From Candidatus Microgenomatus sp. (GTDB taxonomy: Bacteria > Patescibacteriota > Microgenomatia > UBA8517), in assembly GCA_020724555.1 (NCBI GenBank), contig DYGT01000003.1, positions 21,415-85,414 on the forward strand: a DNA stretch of 64,000 nucleotides. The letters are read 5' to 3'. Below, one piece after another: positions 47,841 to 57,180 of this stretch. The translations under genes and the position numbers were made by a program. Each line of letters starts with the position of its first letter. Within the stretch, counting starts at the first letter, position 1. Below the pieces are notes generated by a model. That model did no database searches. It was not told the DNA's origin and was given only the letters and a program-made list of their open reading frames with translations.

Positions 47841-48727
47841 CAAATTATATTTTCTTTAAGATAAGCTTTAAATTCCCGGCTTATATCTTTGTGCTTTAAC
47901 GCGTGGTCAACTATGGTTTTTAAATAACCAAGTTTATCGCCGGTATCATAATACTTTCCTCCCTTGATCTCCGCGGACAAAATTTTTTCGCCTCCGGCAA
48001 GCATCAGCTTTAATACGTCATTATAGTAAAGCTCACCCCCATTTATATTTGTCAAGGCTTGGTCTAAATATTTAAAAATATCAGGAGTAAAGAGAAAACT
48101 ACTTACATTGCCCAAATCACTTGGCGCGTTTTCTTTACCGGGTTTTTCAATAATATTTTTAATCTCAATAACACCGGGCTCAATTTCAATACCTCCCGCA
48201 TACCCATATTTTTCATAATCCGCGTCGACTTGGGCTCTAATCCCGGCCAGCACACTGCACTTATATTTTTCATGCAGAGCTATAAGCTGCTTGAATTCAG
48301 ATGGCTGAGCCTCAATAAAATCGTCACTCCATGTATAAATAAACGGTTCTTCCCCCACAATTTCGCCCACATTCAATAAAGGTGTTCCATTGCCATACGG
48401 ACCCTTTTGCCGCACATAATAAAAATTAGCTAAATTCGCAATCTTTTCAATTTCCTCCAAAAGATGGCGTTTTTTTTCGCCCCCAAGCTTTAAATTTTCA
48501 ATAAGCTCCAGCGAAGGGTTGTCAAAATGGTCTTCGATGGCACGCTTGTGGTAACCGGTAACAATAATAATGTCGGTTATCCCCGCCTCGACCAAATTTT
48601 CCACAACAATTTGGATTACGGGTTTGTCAACAACCGGCAACATCTCTTTGGGCATAGCTTTGGTTTGGGGCAAAAAACGGGTTCCGAAACCGGCGGCTGG
48701 AATTACTGCTTTAGTCACACTTGCCAT
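47840..48727 (-). CDS. galU: UTP--glucose-1-phosphate uridylyltransferase
   Basis: KAVIPAAGFGTRFLPQTKAMPKEMLPVVDKP. Confidence 0.9.
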   Translation of the reverse strand: MASVTKAVIPAAGFGTRFLPQTKAMPKEMLPVVDKPVIQIVVENLVEAGITDIIIVTGYHKRAIEDHFDNPSLELIENLKLGGEKKRHLLEEIEKIANLANFYYVRQKGPYGNGTPLLNVGEIVGEEPFIYTWSDDFIEAQPSEFKQLIALHEKYKCSVLAGIRAQVDADYEKYGYAGGIEIEPGVIEIKNIIEKPGKENAPSDLGNVSSFLFTPDIFKYLDQALTNINGGELYYNDVLKLMLAGGEKILSAEIKGGKYYDTGDKLGYLKTIVDHALKHKDISREFKAYLKENII

Positions 48728-48738
48728 GGAACTTAATT

Positions 48739-49608
48739 TTACACCAAATAATATTTGCCTGCACTCTCGCGGATTAACCCTTTTAGGCTCAAATTTGTTA
48801 TAGCAATAGACACATTCGAAACGCTATCTTTAAGCTCATAAGCTATCTCGTCTAAACTTAAGGCTTCTTGGCCAAGAATTTGCCACAGCCGCAGTTCATT
48901 TCCGCTTAAATCTGCCGGGGGCGTTTGTTTTTGGGTTTTGGGTCGGGCTGATCCTAAAATATCGAGGCTACAAGTTACCAACTTTGCCTTGCCCTTTTTA
49001 ATCAACTCATTGGTGCCGCCAGACACGCTTGAGGTAATAGCACCAGGTACAGCGTAAACGCGCCTGCCTTCTTTATGCGCCAACCGAGCCGTAACCAAAG
49101 AACCACTTTTATCGGCTGCTTCAATTATTAAAACTCCAATAGTCGAAAGCCCAACCACAATCCGGTTTCTTTGGGGAAATTTCCACAGATGAGGCCTGGC
49201 TTTAGGTTCATATTCAGAAACAACGAGCCCTTTGGTCTTTAAAATATCCTCATATAAACTTATATTTTCCGGGGGGTAAACAACGTCAAGTCCGCAGCCA
49301 AAAACCGCAATGGTTTGCCCGCCAAGTGCTATGGTTTGGGCGTGCACTTCACTATCTACGCCGTACATAAAACCGGATATGGTTACCACCCTTTCCGATA
49401 CTATGTCCGGCAGCAAGCGCGCGATGACAGTCTCGCCATAGTGTGTCATCCTCCGGCTACCGACAATAGCCAGCGTTTTTGAGGTAAGTACATCCGGGTT
49501 GCCGCGTACGTATAGCTTCCTCGGCGGATTTTTAATTTTTTTTAAACGCCCGGGAAAATCTTTATCGCTTAAACTTATTTCCCGGATCGGATAAGCAAAA
49601 ATACTCAT
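48739..49608 (-). CDS. dprA: DNA-processing protein DprA
   Basis: LAIVGSR, SGFMYGVD, FPQRNRIV, SGSLVTA, C-terminal winged helix. Confidence 0.94.
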   Translation of the reverse strand: MSIFAYPIREISLSDKDFPGRLKKIKNPPRKLYVRGNPDVLTSKTLAIVGSRRMTHYGETVIARLLPDIVSERVVTISGFMYGVDSEVHAQTIALGGQTIAVFGCGLDVVYPPENISLYEDILKTKGLVVSEYEPKARPHLWKFPQRNRIVVGLSTIGVLIIEAADKSGSLVTARLAHKEGRRVYAVPGAITSSVSGGTNELIKKGKAKLVTCSLDILGSARPKTQKQTPPADLSGNELRLWQILGQEALSLDEIAYELKDSVSNVSIAITNLSLKGLIRESAGKYYLV

Positions 49609-49614
49609 TTATAT

Positions 49615-49995
49615 TTATAATTCCACACTTTCATAATGATCAATCCTTATGACTTCACCGCTACTATCTAAAACAATGGCGACTACATCAATCTGCCACA
49701 AAGGATACTTTGCCGCTATCTCACTGTTTTTTTGTAGATAAGCAAGAGCCGTGTTTTGCACCTGAAGCAGTTTACGGCGGTTTACCATTTCCTCCGGAGT
49801 CCCAAACATCACGCCTATTTTCAGCTTTACCTCAATAAAAACTAACCTATCGCCATTTAGACCAATTAAATCTATTTCCCCAAAACGGGTAGAAAAATTT
49901 TTTTCGATAATACGAAAACCTTTACGCGCAAGGTAAATTGAGGCAATCTCCTCCCCTCTTTGGCCTTTTTGGAAATTAAACTGTTTCACTTTCAA
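49615..49995 (-). CDS. yraN: YraN (UPF0102) family endonuclease
   Basis: GEEIA..YL, GEIDLI, LVFIEVK; start may be GTG 49989. Confidence 0.92.
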   Translation of the reverse strand: MKVKQFNFQKGQRGEEIASIYLARKGFRIIEKNFSTRFGEIDLIGLNGDRLVFIEVKLKIGVMFGTPEEMVNRRKLLQVQNTALAYLQKNSEIAAKYPLWQIDVVAIVLDSSGEVIRIDHYESVEL

Positions 49996-49998
49996 TTT

Positions 49999-51531
49999 TT
50001 AACTAACACCCCTTACTCTATATTGAAGAGCTTCGGCAACGTGGCTAGCTTTTATGTCTTTGGCGCCTTCCAAATCCGCAATGGTTCTTGCTACCTTAAT
50101 TAAACGGAAATAGGTTCTCGCCGAAAGACCATATGTATTAACTGCCTGTTTTAAAAGTAAAAGTGAATCCCCCGTGAGTTCGCAATATTTTTTAATATGC
50201 TTATTTTTCATATCAGCATTGACTATAATTTTATCTTTGGCAAAGCGCGCTTTTTGAATATTTCTGGCGTTAATTACTTCTCCGCGTATTTCCTTTGATG
50301 TTTTAGATTTAAAAGCCGGCATTTTCGCCATAAGCTTATCAGTATCCACCGCCGCAACCGTTAAGTGAAGATCAATCCTATCCATAAGAGGACCCGAAAG
50401 CTTGCTTTGGTAACGCATTATCATCCTGGGGCTACAAGTGCAGGCTCGTTTTTCGTCTCCCAAATATCCGCACGGGCACGGGTTACTCGCGGCAACCAAC
50501 ATAAACTGTGCCGGATAAGTTACCGAGCCGGCGGCACGCGTTATGGATACCCTACCGTCTTCCATGGGCTGCCTTAAGGCTTCAAGCGTACTTCTGGAAA
50601 ACTCGGGAAATTCATCTAAAAACATCACACCCCTATGAGCCAGGGAAATCTCCCCGGGGTGTGGATTACTGCCTCCACCGATTAAGCCTATGCGGCTTGT
50701 TGTGTGGTGGGATACACGAAAAGGACGCTTGGTCATAAGCGATGAACCGGGCGGGATATTGCCGGTCACGGAATAGATTTTTGTCACTTCCAGACTCTCC
50801 TCCTCGGTTAAAGGCGGAAGTATCCCGGCCATGGCCCGGGCAAGCATGGTTTTACCCGCACCCGGCGGACCCTGAAGGTGTACGTTATGGCCACCGGCTG
50901 CCGCGATAGTTAAGGCACGTTTGGCTTGCTCCTGGCCGATTATTTCTGAAAAATCAAACTCGGCTCTAAAAACATCTTTTTTATTTGCTATTTCCACCAA
51001 CTTATGGGGAGAAATTAAATTAACGCCGTTTAAATGCGATATTAAATCATTTAAAGTCTTAACCGGATAGACATTTATCCCCTTTACTACAGCGGCTTCA
51101 TTGGCAGAAACGTAGGGTACAAATAAATTTTTAACTTTTTGCTTTTTGGCGGACAGCGCCAAAAGCAGAACACCTTTGGTATGCCTCAAAGTCCCATCCA
51201 ATGATAATTCTCCATAAAAATATGATTTTTCTTTAGGCATGGGTATGGCCTCCATGCTCCGGAGAATTCCTATAGCGATAGGCAAATCATAGGCACTGCC
51301 TTCTTTGGGAATGTCGGCAGGGGCCAAATTGACGATAATTTTTTTATTTGGGAAATCTACGCCGCTATTGGCAAGAGCAGTTTTAACCCTTTCTTTGGCC
51401 TCTTCCACAGATTTTCCGGCCAAGCCGATAACGGAAAAACCGGGGAAACCTTTCGAAAAGACATTAACCTCGACCTCTATTGGAATTGTCTCCAGGCCAA
51501 AATGTGTAGCAGAGAGAACTTTTGTCAGCAC
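49999..51531 (-). CDS. comM: ComM/YifB Mg-chelatase-like AAA+ helicase
   Basis: VNLAPAD, GPPGAGKT, PGEISLAHRGVMFLDE, NPCPCG, SGPLMDRID. Confidence 0.94.
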   Translation of the reverse strand: MLTKVLSATHFGLETIPIEVEVNVFSKGFPGFSVIGLAGKSVEEAKERVKTALANSGVDFPNKKIIVNLAPADIPKEGSAYDLPIAIGILRSMEAIPMPKEKSYFYGELSLDGTLRHTKGVLLLALSAKKQKVKNLFVPYVSANEAAVVKGINVYPVKTLNDLISHLNGVNLISPHKLVEIANKKDVFRAEFDFSEIIGQEQAKRALTIAAAGGHNVHLQGPPGAGKTMLARAMAGILPPLTEEESLEVTKIYSVTGNIPPGSSLMTKRPFRVSHHTTSRIGLIGGGSNPHPGEISLAHRGVMFLDEFPEFSRSTLEALRQPMEDGRVSITRAAGSVTYPAQFMLVAASNPCPCGYLGDEKRACTCSPRMIMRYQSKLSGPLMDRIDLHLTVAAVDTDKLMAKMPAFKSKTSKEIRGEVINARNIQKARFAKDKIIVNADMKNKHIKKYCELTGDSLLLLKQAVNTYGLSARTYFRLIKVARTIADLEGAKDIKASHVAEALQYRVRGVS

Positions 51532-51647
51532 TCTGGTTTTAGTTTATATGAAAGCAAAGGTCTGAAGCAATAAAAACGGCAACTCCTAGTAGTTGGATTG
51601 TGTCAAATATAAGTTAGAATGGATATGACAAAAAGGAGGTGATTAAC

Positions 51648-51965
51648 ATGAGTTTTGACCAATACCATGAACCGGCTGAGGAAATGAAGCCGGAAACGCG
51701 CGATTTTGCCAGAATTATTGCGTCCCTAACTGAAGAAGCAGAAGCCATTTCCTGGTACGAACAAAGAATTGCGGCCTCAAAGGACAAAGAGGTAAAAGCC
51801 ATTATGCGCCACAGCATGGAAGAAGAATTTGAACATTTTGCCATAGCCCTTGAATGGTTAATCAGAAGGCTTCCCAGATGGGGTGAGGTTTTGCAGACCA
51901 TACTTTTTCAAGAAGGCGACATTTTAGAAAACGCCGAGAAAACTGAAAAAATACAAAAAAAATAA
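51648..51965 (+). CDS. Encapsulin-associated-type ferritin-like protein (EncFtn family)
   Basis: YHEP...SLTEEAEAISWYEQR...EEEFEH...LEWL.R...W..L..ILF.EGDI; SD AGGAGGTG before ATG 51648. Confidence 0.88.
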   Translation: MSFDQYHEPAEEMKPETRDFARIIASLTEEAEAISWYEQRIAASKDKEVKAIMRHSMEEEFEHFAIALEWLIRRLPRWGEVLQTILFQEGDILENAEKTEKIQKK

Positions 51966-51967
51966 TA

Positions 51968-53614
51968 TCAATCAAACAAATTGGTTTGGGCGTTTTTAAG
52001 CCTTTTAAGCTTTATCCTTTCAAGCTTTTTAAGGGCTTGGGAGTCTTTTGTAACTTTAAAATATTTGTTTATCAGACCATAAAATTGCGAGGCCTGCGTT
52101 TTTTTATTTTTTCGTTTTTTGGCCCGCGTTATCACAAGTTTATTTTTTGCACGCGTTAAAGCAACATACAAAAGCCGCTTTTCCTCTTCAAGCATCGCGC
52201 TATTTTGCGCCTTAGAGCTCGGAATTACTCCCTTTTCAAACCCCAATAGATAAACACAATCAAATTCCAGGCCTTTTGCCGCGTGTATGGTCATAACCGA
52301 AATCGCCTTTGCTTTTGGGTCATAAAAATTATTGGAGGATAAAATGTCCAGATAATTTAAAAACGCACCAATAGAGTTTTCTTGTTTATCATAATGGGCA
52401 ATCACATCAATAAACTCACCAATGTCTTTTAAACCGGCTTTTTGCGAAATATTAATAACCAAATCGCTTAATGGGACATCTTTATTAAAGGTATATTTAT
52501 CTTCTGCAAAAGATACTACTTGGGGGTTTACTTTTTCCCGATCACCGTTTAAAAAACGCAAAACATCAATAATAAAAGCAACTTTTTTATCTAAATATAT
52601 GGATTCTCCCGACACATCCTGATACGGAATATTGTTTTTGGCAAGGGTTTTTTTTATAACATTTGCCAGAAAATGGGTTCTGGCCAAGATTGCAATATTA
52701 GACAAATCCATGTCTTTTTCATCGTTATAAGTACTTGCTTCCAATAAATCAACGCCGCCCAAACTTTTTTTAATGTCGGCGACTATGTATTCTGCTTCAG
52801 AAAATTCATTAGGAGTGTGTAAAAAAATAAGCTCTCCCTTTGTTTTGTTGTGGGTTTTTAACTTAGTTTTTGTCGGAAACAAAGCTTGCGACGTTGCCAC
52901 TATCGGCTCTGCGCTTCTATACGTTTCAGCAAAAACAATTGTTTTGCTCTGATAATCTTTTTTAAACCTGCCAAAAATCATGGGCTCGCTTCCGCGGAAA
53001 GCGTAAATTGCCTGGTTGGGATCGCCTATCACTTGGACGCAAGCATTCCCGCTTATTTTTTGTAAAAATTTATATTGGGCCGGGTTAGTGTCTTGGAATT
53101 CATCAACAAAAATAAAATCATATTTAGGAAACTTGGTAAGATTCATGGCCTCAAGAATAAGATCGTCAAAATCCCAATAACCTTCTTTCTTAAGGAGCTT
53201 GTTATACTCACCACAAAGCTTTTCGGAAATCTCATCAACACTTCCGCCGCCTTTCTGCCGGGAAATCACAAGCGATGCCTCAGAAACTTCAACCTTATAT
53301 TTTTTGGCAAGTGATTTTATCAATACCAGGCGTTTGTAATCATCGATAAGATTTAGTTTTTTGTTTTGGCTCAAAAGTGAAAAACAAAAGCCATGGAAAG
53401 TGTTAATAATAACGTTTTTTTTGTGCCCCACCCTGCTTTCAAGCTCTCCGGCCGCTTTTTTTGTAAAAGTTAAGGCTAAAATATTTTTATTTTTAGTGGC
53501 TTCTTTTTTTATTTTTTCGGAAAGGGCAAGGGTCTTACCCGTTCCCGGACCAGCGATTACCGAAGCGTGAGAATTTGTGTTTAAAAAAGCTACTTGCTTG
53601 CCATTAAGTTTCAT
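51968..53614 (-). CDS. Compact UvrD/Rep-like helicase
   Basis: AGPGTGKT, VDEFQD, GDPNQAIY, TIHAAKGLEF, EEKRLLYVALTRA. Confidence 0.9.
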   Translation of the reverse strand: MKLNGKQVAFLNTNSHASVIAGPGTGKTLALSEKIKKEATKNKNILALTFTKKAAGELESRVGHKKNVIINTFHGFCFSLLSQNKKLNLIDDYKRLVLIKSLAKKYKVEVSEASLVISRQKGGGSVDEISEKLCGEYNKLLKKEGYWDFDDLILEAMNLTKFPKYDFIFVDEFQDTNPAQYKFLQKISGNACVQVIGDPNQAIYAFRGSEPMIFGRFKKDYQSKTIVFAETYRSAEPIVATSQALFPTKTKLKTHNKTKGELIFLHTPNEFSEAEYIVADIKKSLGGVDLLEASTYNDEKDMDLSNIAILARTHFLANVIKKTLAKNNIPYQDVSGESIYLDKKVAFIIDVLRFLNGDREKVNPQVVSFAEDKYTFNKDVPLSDLVINISQKAGLKDIGEFIDVIAHYDKQENSIGAFLNYLDILSSNNFYDPKAKAISVMTIHAAKGLEFDCVYLLGFEKGVIPSSKAQNSAMLEEEKRLLYVALTRAKNKLVITRAKKRKNKKTQASQFYGLINKYFKVTKDSQALKKLERIKLKRLKNAQTNLFD

Positions 53615-54897
53615 ATCAGAAGACTGAGCTGATTTTCGGCCGTATTTTTTTGAGAAAAAATTTTTACCACCCCATAAACTCCGTCATATCCCGGTTCAAT
53701 AATCAGGTCGCGTTTTCTTACTTTATCAATAGCTAAAGCCATTTTTGCACCCGAGACTCGTTCAACATCTTTTAAATCAACTTTTCTGATAAGATTAAAT
53801 TCGTCGCCCAAGTGATTTATCATGTTTAGGTACTCTTCCTGGACGCTTTTGCCGTTTACTGACTTAACGCCCAAGACATCTGCAATTATTATTTCCAAAG
53901 GAACAATATATTCCACAACCTTATGTTGGTTAGGCACATAATCAAAGGGCTTATCGGCCAACTCATCCACGCGCTGTTCAACGCCAAGGACTAATTTTTT
54001 CCCACATTTAGGGCAAATAAACTTTAAATCTTTGGCCTTTTTCGCACTCAAAGAAATCCCACATTTTTGGTGGCCACTAAAGTGGTACTTGCCCTCTTCA
54101 GGATAAAACTCAATTGTGCCAACAAAACGATCGTCGTTTGTCCGAATTGCGCCTATAATATCTTTATAATTTAATTCTGCATTTATTAGATTTGCCTCCC
54201 GCCCAAGTTTTCGCGGCGAATGTGCATCTGAATTTGAAACCAAGGTTCGCCCGTCTAAATCCGCTATCCGCCAATTCATAAAAGGATCTGATGACAATCC
54301 GGTTTCCACAGCCACGATCTTATTTGCCAGGTCTCCGAAAGCTTCCTCAACACTGTCAAATCCGCTTTTGCTGCCAAACATGGCAAACCACGGAGTCCAA
54401 ATGTGTGCCGGAAAAAACAAAGTGTCAGGATCAGAATCCAGGCTAATTTTCAAAAGGTCGTAGCTATCAAGCCCCAAAATGGGACGGCCGTCTGACTTTA
54501 GATTGCCGATTACATTTAATTTTTCATTTAGATAAGAAACGGCACTAAAACTTGAGGCAACTATTACGTTATGCAGTCTGCGGGTTTTGTCGTGGCGCTT
54601 ATAAATATTGCTTATCTCAACGGTCAGGATAAAACGCATGATATTGTTTCGCACCGATGCCGGAAGCTCACTGTCTATTTTGTCAGCAATTTGTTTTTTT
54701 AATTTAAAAAGCCCTTCTTCGGCCGGCTCCAGTTTCTCCCGAATCTCACTAAACCAAGCGGGGTGAGTAAAATCACCTGTACCAATGATATTAATGCCTT
54801 TAAGCTTTCCATAGCGATATGCTGATTCCAAATTCATGTCGCGGCTCGTAGCGCGTGAGTAATGGGAATGAAGATGGAGGTCAACGATTAGCTGCAT
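53611..54897 (-). CDS. Endonuclease Q-like PHP-domain protein (TIGR00375-type)
   Basis: DLHLHSHYSRATS, GTGDFTHP, PAHIWTPW, ETGLSSD, SNSDAHS, CPKCG, PGYDGVYG. Confidence 0.9.
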   Translation of the reverse strand: MQLIVDLHLHSHYSRATSRDMNLESAYRYGKLKGINIIGTGDFTHPAWFSEIREKLEPAEEGLFKLKKQIADKIDSELPASVRNNIMRFILTVEISNIYKRHDKTRRLHNVIVASSFSAVSYLNEKLNVIGNLKSDGRPILGLDSYDLLKISLDSDPDTLFFPAHIWTPWFAMFGSKSGFDSVEEAFGDLANKIVAVETGLSSDPFMNWRIADLDGRTLVSNSDAHSPRKLGREANLINAELNYKDIIGAIRTNDDRFVGTIEFYPEEGKYHFSGHQKCGISLSAKKAKDLKFICPKCGKKLVLGVEQRVDELADKPFDYVPNQHKVVEYIVPLEIIIADVLGVKSVNGKSVQEEYLNMINHLGDEFNLIRKVDLKDVERVSGAKMALAIDKVRKRDLIIEPGYDGVYGVVKIFSQKNTAENQLSLLI

Positions 54898-54988
54898 GCC
54901 TTTAAAGCGTATCTTACACCCAGACTTTATTCAAAGGCAAAGAATCTAAGCACACATTAAACAAAATTTAAAGGAGGAGTGTTGTTAA

Positions 54989-55477
54989 TTAAACACTTTT
55001 GAGCTTGGAGGTACACTCCGGGCAACGGGTTGCGCGGTAAGGGATATTAGATAAACAATAGGGGCATTTTTTACTGCTTGGCTCTTCCGGTTTATCTGTT
55101 TCTTTTTTACCGGAAATCTGGCCGATTTGCCCTTCTAATCTGTTAAAGGCTTTTATCACCAAAAACATAGACAGGGCAACAATTAACAAAGCCAAAACAT
55201 TATTTACAAACAGCCCCCAATTTATGGTTATTGCACCTACAGATTGTGCCTGCTCAGGGCTGCTGTAGGGAGGAGGAACTGACCCTTCTTTTAGGACAAA
55301 CATTAAATTGGAAAAATCGGTTTTTCCCATTAAATACCCAATGGGGGGCATAAGGATATCGTTCACCAAAGACCGGGCAACGGTACTAAAAGCGGCTCCA
55401 ACCGTAAAACCAATGGCAAGATCTACCAGGTTTCCGCGAAGGATAAACTTTTTAAATTCTTTTATCATCGATTTCAT
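54989..55477 (-). CDS. mscL: Large-conductance mechanosensitive channel with C-terminal zinc ribbon
   Basis: EFKKFILRGNLVDLAIG, SLVNDILMPPI; CPYC...CPEC. Confidence 0.93.
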   Translation of the reverse strand: MKSMIKEFKKFILRGNLVDLAIGFTVGAAFSTVARSLVNDILMPPIGYLMGKTDFSNLMFVLKEGSVPPPYSSPEQAQSVGAITINWGLFVNNVLALLIVALSMFLVIKAFNRLEGQIGQISGKKETDKPEEPSSKKCPYCLSNIPYRATRCPECTSKLKSV

Positions 55478-55536
55478 TAAATTGCGTATAGTATACGAAG
55501 GAATACAAATTCTTACAAGGCAAGCTTAAAAACTAA

Positions 55537-55737
55537 TTACTCTTGGGAAGGGGAAGCAGGTTTTTGGGGATTGGTGCCATAGGTTATTCCAATCTCGTCT
55601 TCAAGAGCATCTACGTCTAAGGGTTCCTCTTTTTCTTGTGAAGTTCTTTTGGGTTTTGGCGAAGCTAATTCTTCAATTTCCAATTCACCTGCCTGGGTAT
55701 AAATTTCTTCAACTGTTCTTTCTTTCATATACCGCAT
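55537..55737 (-). CDS. Small acidic hypothetical protein
   Basis: ORF fills the gap co-directionally; no family recognised. Confidence 0.5.
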   Translation of the reverse strand: MRYMKERTVEEIYTQAGELEIEELASPKPKRTSQEKEEPLDVDALEDEIGITYGTNPQKPASPSQE

Positions 55738-55771
55738 TTTATAATTTATATTCTTTCAAACAGTCTCAAAT

Positions 55772-56524
55772 TCAGTGGGCATGAGCGCCAGTGATATTCA
55801 CCAAATACATAAGTATTACTCCTAAAAGAAGTGCTGCAATTTTAAAGGCTGCGTCTTTTTTGTCACCTGCATCTTTGGGCAAAAAATCTCCTGCTGCCAA
55901 ATACAAAAACATTCCGGCGGAAACCGCCAGTAATATACCAATCAAATCCTGATTGTTTTGTCCTAGATAAAACACGTATAAAGCGCCAACTATAGTAAAA
56001 GAAGCCGACAAGGCGTTTATGGCCAAAGTTTGAAGCTTGTTGTAACCACCCGCCAAAAAAACACCAAAATCACCAATTTCATGCGGAGTCTCATGTAAAA
56101 AAGAGGAAATAGAAACCACAAACCCCAACGATGGCTCCAGCAAAAAAGCTGCTGCGATTGACACTCCATCAATAAAATTGTGAATGGTATCGCCCACCAA
56201 GACCAAGGGTATTGTCCCCGAAGTAATTTCCTGCTCGTTTCTGTGCCCATGATGATGTAATTTAGTGAACCCCTCCTCAAAGATAAAAGATGCCAAAAAA
56301 GCTATTAAAACAACGGTAAAGGCGTTCTCATCAAGCAAATGGTAAGACTCGGGCATAAGATTAAGCAAAGATACTGTTAGAAGCACCCCGCTGGCAAAAG
56401 GAATAGAATAGCGGCAAATAAAAGTGCTCAATTTATCAGGTAAAAAGTACACTAACCCTCCGATAAGCCCCGCCACACTGCCCAGCAGCGAAAGACCAAT
56501 TAAATACAATAATGAATTTTGCAT
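55772..56524 (-). CDS. ZIP family metal transporter
   Basis: HHHGH loop, GDTIHNFIDG, HETPHEIGDF. Confidence 0.93.
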   Translation of the reverse strand: MQNSLLYLIGLSLLGSVAGLIGGLVYFLPDKLSTFICRYSIPFASGVLLTVSLLNLMPESYHLLDENAFTVVLIAFLASFIFEEGFTKLHHHGHRNEQEITSGTIPLVLVGDTIHNFIDGVSIAAAFLLEPSLGFVVSISSFLHETPHEIGDFGVFLAGGYNKLQTLAINALSASFTIVGALYVFYLGQNNQDLIGILLAVSAGMFLYLAAGDFLPKDAGDKKDAAFKIAALLLGVILMYLVNITGAHAH

Positions 56525-56547
56525 ATTATTATTTATATTACCCTGCT

Positions 56548-57090
56548 TTAATTTTTAGTCTCTTTTATGTATGTCGTCAAAAACATAATCATGAGGGAAA
56601 AAGCGGTCAAAGCCATCATGGGAATAGTAATATAGCCAAACTCTTTTACGAAACTGTCGCTGCAGGAAACGGAATAACCAACCACAGGGCAAACCGATAT
56701 ATCCACAACCTTCATTTGCAATAAATAATGATACAAAGAAATGCTGCCGCCGATTGCCGAAAGACCCAAAGAATATGGGTGAATAATTGCTTGGTCTTTA
56801 TATAATGCTAGCAAAAATAAAATTGTCTGGGGATACATAAAAATTCTTTGATACCAACAAAGCTCGCATGGCGTAAATTTAGCAACTTCCGAATAATACA
56901 AACTTCCCAAAGTGGCAATGAGAGAAATGATAAAAACAAATAAGTACGCGTTTTGGGAAACGATTTTTGAAAAATTATATTTTCCGAGCTTAAGAGGGCG
57001 AAAAAAATTAAGCAAAAGTATTATTAAAATTACATGTCCCAAAACCGTCAAAATTGCTAAAATTTGGTGGATTAAATCAGCACTTAACAT
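56548..57090 (-). CDS. Disulfide bond formation protein (DsbB/BdbC family)
   Basis: GSLYYSE, PCELCWYQRIFMYP, GYITIPMMAL. Confidence 0.92.
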   Translation of the reverse strand: MLSADLIHQILAILTVLGHVILIILLLNFFRPLKLGKYNFSKIVSQNAYLFVFIISLIATLGSLYYSEVAKFTPCELCWYQRIFMYPQTILFLLALYKDQAIIHPYSLGLSAIGGSISLYHYLLQMKVVDISVCPVVGYSVSCSDSFVKEFGYITIPMMALTAFSLMIMFLTTYIKETKN

Positions 57091-57180
57091 CTAAAAGATG
57101 GAATATTTTAACCGTTTAAACAAACAAAATCCAGTATATTTTATGGAAAATAATTTTTTTACTATTGCAAACAGTTATTA

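Noticed and set aside
47769-47900. tRNA-Cys as a prophage or island attachment site
   Set aside because: No integrase, no duplicated tRNA 3' end seen, and housekeeping genes on both sides.
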